Assembly: GCA_027078545.1 (NCBI GenBank)
Contig: JALWXN010000004.1
Coordinates: 1,078,611 to 1,142,610, forward strand
Direction: 5' to 3'
Origin: Nitrososphaeria archaeon
GTDB taxonomy: Archaea > Thermoproteota > Nitrososphaeria > Geothermarchaeales > JDFR-13
DNA length: 64,000 bases
Of this stretch, positions 40,054 through 48,624 are shown piece after piece. A program made the position numbers and the translations under genes. Numbering within the stretch: position 1 is the first letter of the stretch; the number at the start of each line of letters is the position of its first letter. Under the pieces are notes generated by a model, which had not been told where the DNA came from, did not search any database, and was given only the letters and a program-made list of their open reading frames with translations.

Positions 40054-41007
40054 CTAGTAGGTGACCCTTGAGATCTTCACCCTCCTACTTACCTGGTCTA
40101 TCCTTAGCCAGTCCTCGTGGGCTAGGCTCCACCCCATAGCCCCTGCGTTATCCCTAGCCTGCTCCGGCCTCTTCGCACCCGGGATGGGTAGGGTGTTTGG
40201 ATACGCGTCTAGGAGCCATCGTAGAGCCAGCTGTGCAGGCGTCTTCCCATACTTCCCCGAAAGCTCCTCCAACACCTTGACAACCTCATATATCTGCTCC
40301 ATATTCTCCCTTGTGAATAGGGGCTCCCTAGCCCTCACATCCTGGAACTCTGGGAGGTTCTCAGGTGTATACTTACCCGTCAATGCTCCCTTCGCGAGTG
40401 GGCTCCACGGGATGACGGCTAGGTCGTTCTGCAGGGCATAGGGTATCAGCTCTGCCTCGGCCTCCCTCTCCACGAGGTTATACCTGATCTGTATCGAGAC
40501 GATATCGGTCGTTGACAGGCAGTTCCTAGCTGCCTCTACAAGCTCGACCGGGAAGTCGCTCAGACCTATATACCTGATCCTACCCTGTAGGACTAGCTGC
40601 TCAAGGGCACGCATATACTCACATGTGGGTATATTGTGCCAGCAGGGTGGCCAGTGGACCTGCGTAAGGTCGATGACATCGACACCCAGCCTCCTGAGAC
40701 TGTTCTGCGTAGCCTTGAATACATCGTCCCTAGCCAGCATCTCCCCAGGGATCTTGGTAGCTATGAAGACCTCATCCCTTATACCCAGCTCCCTAATCGC
40801 CCTCCCGAGGAACTCCTCACTCTTACCCATGCCATAGACGATAGCCGTGTCGAAGAAGTTTATCCCAGCGTCAAAGGCCGCCTCCACAATCTTCTTCGCA
40901 TCCTCATACTCCGTGACCCCCCAGCTCTCACTGAACTGCCACACGCCCAGGCCTATCCTACTGACCTTCTCACCGGTCCAGCCCAGCTCCATATACTCGG
41001 TAGCCAT
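40054..41007 (-). CDS. Aldo/keto reductase
   Basis: IGLGVWQ, FDTAIVYG, ATK, QVHWP, PWSPLAKG, PIPGAK. Confidence 0.9.
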   Translation of the reverse strand: MATEYMELGWTGEKVSRIGLGVWQFSESWGVTEYEDAKKIVEAAFDAGINFFDTAIVYGMGKSEEFLGRAIRELGIRDEVFIATKIPGEMLARDDVFKATQNSLRRLGVDVIDLTQVHWPPCWHNIPTCEYMRALEQLVLQGRIRYIGLSDFPVELVEAARNCLSTTDIVSIQIRYNLVEREAEAELIPYALQNDLAVIPWSPLAKGALTGKYTPENLPEFQDVRAREPLFTRENMEQIYEVVKVLEELSGKYGKTPAQLALRWLLDAYPNTLPIPGAKRPEQARDNAGAMGWSLAHEDWLRIDQVSRRVKISRVTY

Positions 41008-41115
41008 TACACGACACCTATTCCATTGACTAGCAACAGGATATTTATTAATCGGGCTAGCCACAAACCTGTATATACCACGAGAAATCTATCCATATGC
41101 ACAGAATCTTCAACG

Positions 41116-41415
41116 ATGACGGTAGTAGTGGTCAACCATATAAAGGCTAGGGACAGGGAGAGCTACGACGAGATCATAAAGTTGTTCAGCACCAGGAAGA
41201 GGCTAGTAGACAAGTTCCCCGGCTTCAAAGGATTCAAACTCCTAGCATCACCCGAGGAGATGGAGATTATGGTCATGACGATATGGGAGAGCAGGGAGGA
41301 CTTCAAGAGATGGGTGGAGAGCAGGGAGTTCGAGGAGGGACATAGGAGGACGGGGGAGAGGAGGATAAACGCCGACTCCAGGGGAGTGGTCTACGAGGTC
41401 GTGATGGAGGAGTAG
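41116..41415 (+). CDS. ABM-fold monooxygenase (IsdG-like)
   Basis: VVNHI, FPGFKGF, TIWESREDFKRWVESREF..GH; start taken at MTVVVV within a longer spurious ORF. Confidence 0.8.
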   Translation: MTVVVVNHIKARDRESYDEIIKLFSTRKRLVDKFPGFKGFKLLASPEEMEIMVMTIWESREDFKRWVESREFEEGHRRTGERRINADSRGVVYEVVMEE

Positions 41416-41420
41416 GGGGG

Positions 41421-41909
41421 CTAGCCCCCAATCTCCGCCGCCTTTTTAATAACCTCCTCGTAGTCAGGCTCCACACGTGGATCGTCACTTACCCAGGCAT
41501 ACCTAACTACACCATCCTTATCAAGTATGAAGACCGCCCTCTTAGCCAGCTCCCTAAGTCCGAGTAGCTCCGGGAGGACGACGCCATACTTCCTTATAAC
41601 CTCCTTGTTGAAGTCGCTGAGGAGGGTGAAGTTCAGGTTATACTTCTCCTTGAAGGCCTTCAGGGCGAAGGGCGAGTCGACACTAATCGCAACAACCTCT
41701 GCATTAGCCTTCTCAAGCTCAGCCATCCTATCCCTGAAGGTGCAGAGCTCCTTAGTACACACGCTTGTGAATGCCCCTGGGAAGAAGAGGAGTATCACCG
41801 GCCTACCCTTGGAGAGGAACTCGTCGAGACTCCTCTTGTTCAGCTCGGTATCCAGTAGCTCAAAACCGGGAGCCTTATCCCCAACCTTCACAGCAGCCAT
41901 CGAGGACAC
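41421..41909 (-). CDS. Peroxiredoxin (BCP/PrxQ type)
   Basis: FPGAFTSVCTKELC, ISVD, LLSD, RAVF. Confidence 0.9.
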   Translation of the reverse strand: MSSMAAVKVGDKAPGFELLDTELNKRSLDEFLSKGRPVILLFFPGAFTSVCTKELCTFRDRMAELEKANAEVVAISVDSPFALKAFKEKYNLNFTLLSDFNKEVIRKYGVVLPELLGLRELAKRAVFILDKDGVVRYAWVSDDPRVEPDYEEVIKKAAEIGG

Positions 41910-41965
41910 CTCATAAGATATTCCAAACCCCTCCCCAAATTAATTCAGATGGTTTATACATCGTC

Positions 41966-42451
41966 CTAGTCCTCGATAGTCACGGTATGTAGCCATACAG
42001 CCGCGACGAGGAGTATGGCTAGGGAGAGCTGGGTATGGACCAGCCTGTTCAGAAGCCTGAGATCCCGAGTCCTAACGATCCTCAGGACTATGCCAGAGAT
42101 GATCAGGAGTAGGATGAGGAGGACGGTCAGATACTCTAGTGGACGGGCATAGCTCAGGAATGCATATCCATGTATAACCCCGGCTATGCCAAGCACTATG
42201 TTTGTGCTTATATGGAGGTTTAGGATGGGCTCGAAGGGGAGCCTTAGACGGAACATCTTCCTAGCCCTATTGACAGCGACGAAGACCGTGTTCAGTATTA
42301 GGCCGAGGTTCCAGGAGAGGGAGCCGAGGGACTCAGCACCATCCTCACCAAACAGTCCCCCCTCATCACCATTGGCATGTACAGCCCCACTAGCCAGTAG
42401 GATCACGAGGAGGATGATGTAGACAGCCTCGAGGAGGCGCTCAGTATCCAT
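41966..42451 (-). CDS. Membrane protein with paired intramembrane His (cytochrome b-like)
   Basis: TM helices with LH-x13-H and H-x15-H pairs. Confidence 0.5.
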   Translation of the reverse strand: MDTERLLEAVYIILLVILLASGAVHANGDEGGLFGEDGAESLGSLSWNLGLILNTVFVAVNRARKMFRLRLPFEPILNLHISTNIVLGIAGVIHGYAFLSYARPLEYLTVLLILLLIISGIVLRIVRTRDLRLLNRLVHTQLSLAILLVAAVWLHTVTIED

Positions 42452-42575
42452 GCATCCACCTCCAACTCCACAGGTGCTAAACGTAGTAATATGCATATAG
42501 TTGGAGATAAAACTGGCGGCCTAGGCGATATATCCCTGGGGACTCTATACCCGGTGGATCGATAAGTGGGGACCA

Positions 42576-43760
42576 GTGGTGGAGACGGTTAAGACCATCC
42601 ACAAGATCGGTGATGAGGAGGTAACCATACTCCTGAGCACCTGCTGCCTCAGACTAACATATGGAGAGGAGGTATACGTATTCGACCTCGAGGGCCGGCC
42701 AGTATTCATGTACTTCGACAGGCAGCTCTACGAGAGGGGCTTGTCAGGCGAGATAGTCGCCAAGAAATGGCTATCAGTAACACCCCCGAGGCGCCACCTA
42801 GAGAGGATAAGGGATAGGGACGTGAAGGATAGGATCCTTAGACACAGCTTCGAGAGGGCTAGGTGGATGCTCGAGGAGACTGGCTTCGACCACCCCGACC
42901 CGGTGATCAACCATATCTATAGAGGTGATATACAGAGGCTCCGGAAGGAGGAGGAGCTCTTCAGACGGATATATAGGCCGATCTCCATACTCCCACCGGA
43001 TCAGTACCTGTCACTAGTCTTCCAACCCTTGGAGGGATGCCCATACAATAAGTGCAGCTTCTGCACATTCTACCGGGACAGGGAGTTCAGGTTTAAAGGG
43101 CTGGAGGAGTTTAGGCGGCATGTGGAGGAGGTGGTCGACTTCCTAGGCAGGGGGATATCCATGAGGCATAGGATATTCCTAGCCGACGCCAACACCCTAT
43201 TCGCCGAGACCAGGCTACTCAGGAGCTACATCGAGACCATCCTCGACTACATCCCCAGACAGGAGGTAGAGGGCTTCTACTCCTTCTCCGACTACTTCAC
43301 CGTCTATAAAACAGTAGGGGAGCTAAGGATGCTTAGGGAGCTGGGGTATAGAAGGGTCTACATAGGTCTCGAGACTGGGGATCCCCAGGTTCTACGTATA
43401 CTCTCGAAGCCCGGCCCACCCGAGAGGAGTGTCAAGCTAGTCGAGAGGCTTAAGGAGGCGGGTATATCCGTAGGGGTCATAATACTGATAGGGGCTGGAG
43501 GCCGGGAATACTATAGGCAGCATGTTAAGAACACCGTGAAGATACTTAACTCGATGCCCCTCGATAGGCGGGACATAGTATACTTCTCCAAGCTCAAGGT
43601 TAGGGAGGGCTCCGAGTACCAGAGGATAGCGGAGGAGAGGGGCCTCACCAGCCTAACAGAGGAGGAGATGGATAGGCAGATCGAGGAGATCAAGAATGGG
43701 ATTAGGCATGGGGAGCCCCCTATACAGGCGATCTACGACATCGACGAGACGATATACTAG
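42576..43760 (+). CDS. Radical SAM protein of unknown function
   Basis: ILPPDQY, CPYNKCSFC (Cx4Cx2C variant of the SAM motif), FLADAN, IGLETG. Confidence 0.85.
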   Translation: MVETVKTIHKIGDEEVTILLSTCCLRLTYGEEVYVFDLEGRPVFMYFDRQLYERGLSGEIVAKKWLSVTPPRRHLERIRDRDVKDRILRHSFERARWMLEETGFDHPDPVINHIYRGDIQRLRKEEELFRRIYRPISILPPDQYLSLVFQPLEGCPYNKCSFCTFYRDREFRFKGLEEFRRHVEEVVDFLGRGISMRHRIFLADANTLFAETRLLRSYIETILDYIPRQEVEGFYSFSDYFTVYKTVGELRMLRELGYRRVYIGLETGDPQVLRILSKPGPPERSVKLVERLKEAGISVGVIILIGAGGREYYRQHVKNTVKILNSMPLDRRDIVYFSKLKVREGSEYQRIAEERGLTSLTEEEMDRQIEEIKNGIRHGEPPIQAIYDIDETIY

Positions 43761-43763
43761 GGT

Positions 43764-44552
43764 TCACCCCTCAACAGATCTCAGTGCCGCCAAAACCTCG
43801 TCCAGCCTCTCCCTATATATCTCCTCGGCCAGTCCATACTCCTCAGGCCTGAGTGAGCCGTAGAAATAGTCCTCACCACCCAACACATCTATGAAGCCCT
43901 GGACAACCGCCTCCACCACCTCCTCAAGAGACGCCTCTATCTCCAATGTCCTGAGACTAGTCACCCTATCGAGTAGGGACTCCCTATCCACACCCCTGAT
44001 GACACAGCTCCACTCATCCGGATTAAGATCGATGAGGAGCGTCCCATGCTGTAGGAGGGCATCACCTATACGGTACTGGGCACTGCCAGAGATCTTCCTA
44101 CCCCCGATCAAGACGTCGCTCGACCCCCTCCTGAAGTAGCATAGCGGGGCATCACTAGGGACGTAGGAGCCCGAGATACTCGGCTCGATACCCAGCCTGG
44201 AGAGGGCGCCCAGTATACCCCTGGCTATCTCCACAGCCGATGACGCTACATCCAAGCCATAGAGGGGATGCTGATTGGAGAGGACGACAGAGTAGGTGAC
44301 CTCATAACCCTCCCTATGTAGCAGGGCACCGCCACCAGTAGGGCGCCTAACAGGTGTGAATCCCAGCCTAGATATACAATCGAGGTTAAGAGCTGAGAAG
44401 TCCTGGGACCTACCTATACTCACCCCTGAGGGCCTCCACATATAGACGCGGAGGGTGTCAAAACCAACACTACTCCTAAGCCTTAGAATAGCCTCGTCGA
44501 GAGCCATGTTATAAATAGGATCCCTATAACCATCGACCACGACACGGAGCAT
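43764..44552 (-). CDS. lplA: Lipoate-protein ligase / octanoyltransferase catalytic domain
   Basis: NMALDEA, SIGRSQ, RRPTGGGALLH, KISGSAQ, LQHGT. Confidence 0.88.
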   Translation of the reverse strand: MLRVVVDGYRDPIYNMALDEAILRLRSSVGFDTLRVYMWRPSGVSIGRSQDFSALNLDCISRLGFTPVRRPTGGGALLHREGYEVTYSVVLSNQHPLYGLDVASSAVEIARGILGALSRLGIEPSISGSYVPSDAPLCYFRRGSSDVLIGGRKISGSAQYRIGDALLQHGTLLIDLNPDEWSCVIRGVDRESLLDRVTSLRTLEIEASLEEVVEAVVQGFIDVLGGEDYFYGSLRPEEYGLAEEIYRERLDEVLAALRSVEG

Positions 44553-44728
44553 ACCAGGAATAATGATTAGCCCTTTGGATAGGATATAACGGGGCTACCC
44601 CTGCTCAACAACCTGTTCTCTATATGCCTTACTATATAATCAATCATATCAATTAAGTCTAGGTCATGACTAATCACATTGTGTGTTAACTCATACTCAC
44701 TTTTCATAGCTACGTTTAGGGGCTTTTA

Positions 44729-45583
44729 TCATCCCCAATAATCCATGGACATTGCTTTCTGATAGGCTTCTTTTGCTTTGTAGGATGTCCTTGCCATTGG
44801 GTGGGCCACCACCGCTTTTATTCCGAGGCTGTAGGCTATCTCCTCCAGCTCTCTGAACTCCTCCAGTGTATAGTATTTCTTGACTGGTAGTTGTTTCCTG
44901 CTTGGCCGCATGTATTGTGAGAGTACGAGTATGTCGAGGCCTATCGTGGCTAGGTCTTCCATCGCCTCTATTATCTCGCCCCACTCCTCGCCGAAGCCTA
45001 GTAGTATGGAGGACTTCGTTATGAAGCCCTCCTCCTTGCTCCACCTGAGTATGTCTAGGCTCTGGTCGTAGCCGGCCCTCCTATCCCTTACTATGGGTGT
45101 CAGCCTCCTCACAGTCTCGATGTTATGTGCCAGTACGTCTGGCCCAGCCTCCAGGACGGTGTGGAGATCCCTCCTAGAGCCTTGGAAGTCTGGTATCAAG
45201 ACCTCTATCTTGACCCCTGGGTTGAGCCTCCTAACCATCCTTATAGTCTCCGCTATGTGGCCGGCGCCCCCATCTGGGAGGTCATCCCTATCCACGGAGG
45301 TGATGGTGACATAGTCCAGCCCCATCTCCTTGACTGCCAGTGCAACCCTTAGGGGCTCCTCGGGATCCGGGGGTTCTGGCCGACCCTTCAACACGTAGCA
45401 GAACCTACAGCCCCTCGTACATATGTTTCCCAGGACCATGAAGGTCGCTGTCCCGCTTCCCCAGCACTCCCCAATGTTTGGGCATAGGGCCTCCTCACAT
45501 ACCGTTGCCACCCTGCTGCCCAGGGCTATCCTAGCGGTCTCCTGGAAACGGCCACCTATCCAGGGCCTAAGCCTTATCTTCAG
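44729..45583 (-). CDS. lipA: Lipoyl synthase (probable CTG start at 45583; first canonical start is GTG at 45511)
   Basis: [12 protein letters not shown] (Cx4Cx5C), [26 protein letters not shown]. Confidence 0.92.
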   Translation of the reverse strand: MKIRLRPWIGGRFQETARIALGSRVATVCEEALCPNIGECWGSGTATFMVLGNICTRGCRFCYVLKGRPEPPDPEEPLRVALAVKEMGLDYVTITSVDRDDLPDGGAGHIAETIRMVRRLNPGVKIEVLIPDFQGSRRDLHTVLEAGPDVLAHNIETVRRLTPIVRDRRAGYDQSLDILRWSKEEGFITKSSILLGFGEEWGEIIEAMEDLATIGLDILVLSQYMRPSRKQLPVKKYYTLEEFRELEEIAYSLGIKAVVAHPMARTSYKAKEAYQKAMSMDYWG

Positions 45584-45834
45584 GCCGGCGCTATCTCTAG
45601 GAGAAGCTCCCCCGGTGATACCTCATCACCCTCCGAGACATATATCTTCTCGACCCTCCCCTCTACGTCGGACTCGATCGTGAGGACAGCCTTCTCTATC
45701 TCCACATCTACCAGGGGGGTCCCCTTCGAGACCCTGCTCCCAGGCTCGACATATATCTTCACAACCTTGCCGCTCCAGTCAGCCCTCCTCGGCCACAGCT
45801 CCCTCGGTAGGACCACCCTCCTCATCACTACCAC
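45580..45834 (-). CDS. Stand-alone lipoyl-domain protein
   Basis: [29 protein letters not shown] (E-K-A lipoyl-Lys hairpin), GDEV.PG.LL. Confidence 0.85.
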   Translation of the reverse strand: MVVMRRVVLPRELWPRRADWSGKVVKIYVEPGSRVSKGTPLVDVEIEKAVLTIESDVEGRVEKIYVSEGDEVSPGELLLEIAPA

Positions 45835-46198
45835 CCATCAATATATGCCTCGAGACGTATATGACGTTGGCAGCCGCGACGCTAGATATCAACCCAACTA
45901 TGAGGGGTAGGTAGAGAACCAGCCCGGTGGATAAGAGCCTATCAACTGAGAGGCCTAGGGAGTCGTATAGCAGGGCGAGCCAGAGGAAGGGTGTAACCCC
46001 TGAGAGTGGGGCGGCCAGGATCCAGTCCAGCTCGTCCCGGGAGAGGAGGCCGACTATGGCGCCCCCCAGGATCGGTGGGAGCATGTAGAGTGGATATGCT
46101 GTGGGTAGAGCCATGTATAATAGTGTCGTAACAATTCCTCCAAGCAAGCCGATGCCTATCCTCCGTAGAAGGCTCCTCAGCCACTCGGCTCTAGCCAT
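45779..46198 (-). CDS. Small hypothetical membrane protein
   Basis: About 4 hydrophobic helices; overlaps the acylase and lipoyl genes. Confidence 0.55.
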   Translation of the reverse strand: MARAEWLRSLLRRIGIGLLGGIVTTLLYMALPTAYPLYMLPPILGGAIVGLLSRDELDWILAAPLSGVTPFLWLALLYDSLGLSVDRLLSTGLVLYLPLIVGLISSVAAANVIYVSRHILMGGSDEEGGPTEGAVAEEG

Positions 46199-48624
46199 AG
46201 ACTCCTCACCTCCCTAGGCTCCCTACCAGCGTCTATAGCCTTGAACTCCCTATCGACATATCCCGGTAGGAGGTCTTCATAGTGGGGACTGAAGGGATTA
46301 CCACTATTCCCACCGGGTAGGGCGAAGTACATCTTGACACTACCGTCGAGGGGGTAGATAGCCCTCATAGACTGGCTGGCAGATATCCTGTAGGGCGGGT
46401 CTCCAAAGCCGTGGCCAGAGACGAATACCGTGAATAGGCCTCCCTGGCCAGGGTAGACCCTATAGTTAAGCCACTGGACCACATCGCCGAGGGGATGCCT
46501 GATCTCATACCTTATGACCTCGCCCCATCTGGGGAGCTCGCCATACTCCTCGAGAAGCCTGTCCACAGCCTCCCTAAAGGCGGTTACCAACGCCTCCCTA
46601 GGGTCTAGGACATAGTCTAGGCTGGGCCCACCACCAGCGATATACTCCCTCAGAACCATCTCAGTCCACTCCGCCGAGAAGAAGTTTATCGGGATATCCC
46701 TAAGCACATCGCCCCAGAGCCTCCTATGGAGGTTTATCAATGTCAAGACGTAGACAGAGGCCTCCCTCGAGTCGGGATCCATCTCGTGATCCCACTCGAG
46801 GAGACTGTTATAGGTGGATCTATAGGGCTCTGGGAGCTCATCAGGCCCCAGTATCTCTCCGAAAAGCTCGGTGAAGACCTCCGCTGCGTAAGAGACCCTG
46901 TCCACCTGTATCCTCATAACATCCTCTATGTCTAGGGGCTTCAGACTCTCTATCAGCTGGACTATCCTCTCATACCTATACCTATCCGACCAGCTCCAGC
47001 CCAGGTAGTATGGATAGCTACCAACCACCTTGTTATTAGCCGTGGCTATGTATCCCTCCTCTGGATTCACCGCGTGGGGGATCTCCTCGAAGGGGATATA
47101 GCCAGTCCAGAGCCCCTCACCCCTACTCCCATTGAAGGGTAGGAAGCCATGGTTAACTATCTCTATACCCCTAGCCATACCCAGTGAGACCGGCCTCCTC
47201 AACGGGTACTTACCAGCCGGGTAGTACAGGATGTTCCCCTCCACATCCGCGGCCACCAGGTTCTGGGGAGCTACGTGGAAGTACCTGGCAGCCTCGATGA
47301 GGTCCCATATGCTCCTGGCGAAGTTGTATCTATAGACAGCAACGAGCTCCAGCGTCACGCCTGAGCCGGTCCAGGCCATGGCGTATCTAGCCCCACCATG
47401 CTCCATGAGGGGGCCGAGAACCGTCATGTTCACTGGGTACTCAACCACCCTGTAGCCATCGCCCTCCCTAACCCTGATCTCCTCCACACGCCTCTCCAGG
47501 GGGAGCCACTCACCATTGAATAGATACTCATCCCCACGCCACTTGAAGAAGTAGTAGTCCGTCACGTCAGGCCCCACATTGGTGAAGCCCCAGGCCACAT
47601 ACTGGTTCCTACCTAGAAGTATGACCGGCGTCCCGGGGAGTGTGAAGCCTGTGAGGCTCCACTCATCCCCAATCCTAATCACGACCACATACCATATAGG
47701 GGGTGCGGTCAGGGCTAGGTGTGGATCATTAGCCACTATTGGTCTACCATCCACGGTTAGGCTCCCCGAGACCACCCAGTTGTTCGATCCTATCCCTATT
47801 AGCCCCCTATACTCCTCTAACCAGCTGAGCAGGCCAACTATGCCTGAAGCGTTGTAGCTGGGAGTGTTTGATGAGAGGGTCTCACCACCCACGCCGTCAA
47901 CTCCAAACTCCTCGAGGATCGGTGTATTGAGACGCCTACCGAGGATATCCAGGTCTATAAGTATCTCCAGGCCATACCTATCCACCAGGTCTGCCAGGTA
48001 TAGGTCCTCCATGCTCCAGGAGAGTGACCAGGCCATGAACTTCCCGATGGAGAGGCTGTCCACGGGTGTCCACGGCTCCGGCTCCGCGTCTAGGAGGCGG
48101 TACTCCGTCGGGAGTAGGCCCCTCTCAAGGGCTAGCTCTATATAGCTGTTCACACCCTCGGTATAAGCCTCTAGAACCGAGGCCTCCAACCCATACTCGG
48201 GGGTATCCCTGATATACTCCCAGGTCTCCCTACTAGCTATGTGTAGACCCATCAGGCGGAAACGTTTATCACTCTCCAGCGTAGCCTCACCCAGGAGCTC
48301 GCTCAGCCTCCCCTGTGCAAGCCTCCTCATAAGATCCATCTGGAATAGCCTATCCCTGGCATGGATGAACCCCAATGCCCTGGCAGCGTCGAGCCTATCC
48401 CCTGCGTATATCCAGGGGATCCCCAGCTCGTCATAGAGGATCTCCACGCTACTCCTCAGCCCCCCGACCACAGCCCTATCCAGGGTCTCGCCACCTATGA
48501 AGCTGGTTAGGGGGCCGTTGAGGGGGTTCATTATCCTCTCTAGGAGGGGGGACTGTGTAGGGAGTAGGACTATGAGGATGAGTAATACAGCTGATACTAC
48601 CAGCCTAGGCCTTGCCATCCTCAT
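46177..48624 (-). CDS. Penicillin/AHL acylase family Ntn-hydrolase (S45), membrane-anchored or exported
   Basis: GFIHARDRLFQMD, GSNNW (catalytic Ser), ANDPHL, GNSGNPFSPHY; N-terminal hydrophobic segment. Confidence 0.9.
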   Translation of the reverse strand: MRMARPRLVVSAVLLILIVLLPTQSPLLERIMNPLNGPLTSFIGGETLDRAVVGGLRSSVEILYDELGIPWIYAGDRLDAARALGFIHARDRLFQMDLMRRLAQGRLSELLGEATLESDKRFRLMGLHIASRETWEYIRDTPEYGLEASVLEAYTEGVNSYIELALERGLLPTEYRLLDAEPEPWTPVDSLSIGKFMAWSLSWSMEDLYLADLVDRYGLEILIDLDILGRRLNTPILEEFGVDGVGGETLSSNTPSYNASGIVGLLSWLEEYRGLIGIGSNNWVVSGSLTVDGRPIVANDPHLALTAPPIWYVVVIRIGDEWSLTGFTLPGTPVILLGRNQYVAWGFTNVGPDVTDYYFFKWRGDEYLFNGEWLPLERRVEEIRVREGDGYRVVEYPVNMTVLGPLMEHGGARYAMAWTGSGVTLELVAVYRYNFARSIWDLIEAARYFHVAPQNLVAADVEGNILYYPAGKYPLRRPVSLGMARGIEIVNHGFLPFNGSRGEGLWTGYIPFEEIPHAVNPEEGYIATANNKVVGSYPYYLGWSWSDRYRYERIVQLIESLKPLDIEDVMRIQVDRVSYAAEVFTELFGEILGPDELPEPYRSTYNSLLEWDHEMDPDSREASVYVLTLINLHRRLWGDVLRDIPINFFSAEWTEMVLREYIAGGGPSLDYVLDPREALVTAFREAVDRLLEEYGELPRWGEVIRYEIRHPLGDVVQWLNYRVYPGQGGLFTVFVSGHGFGDPPYRISASQSMRAIYPLDGSVKMYFALPGGNSGNPFSPHYEDLLPGYVDREFKAIDAGREPREVRSLWLEPSG

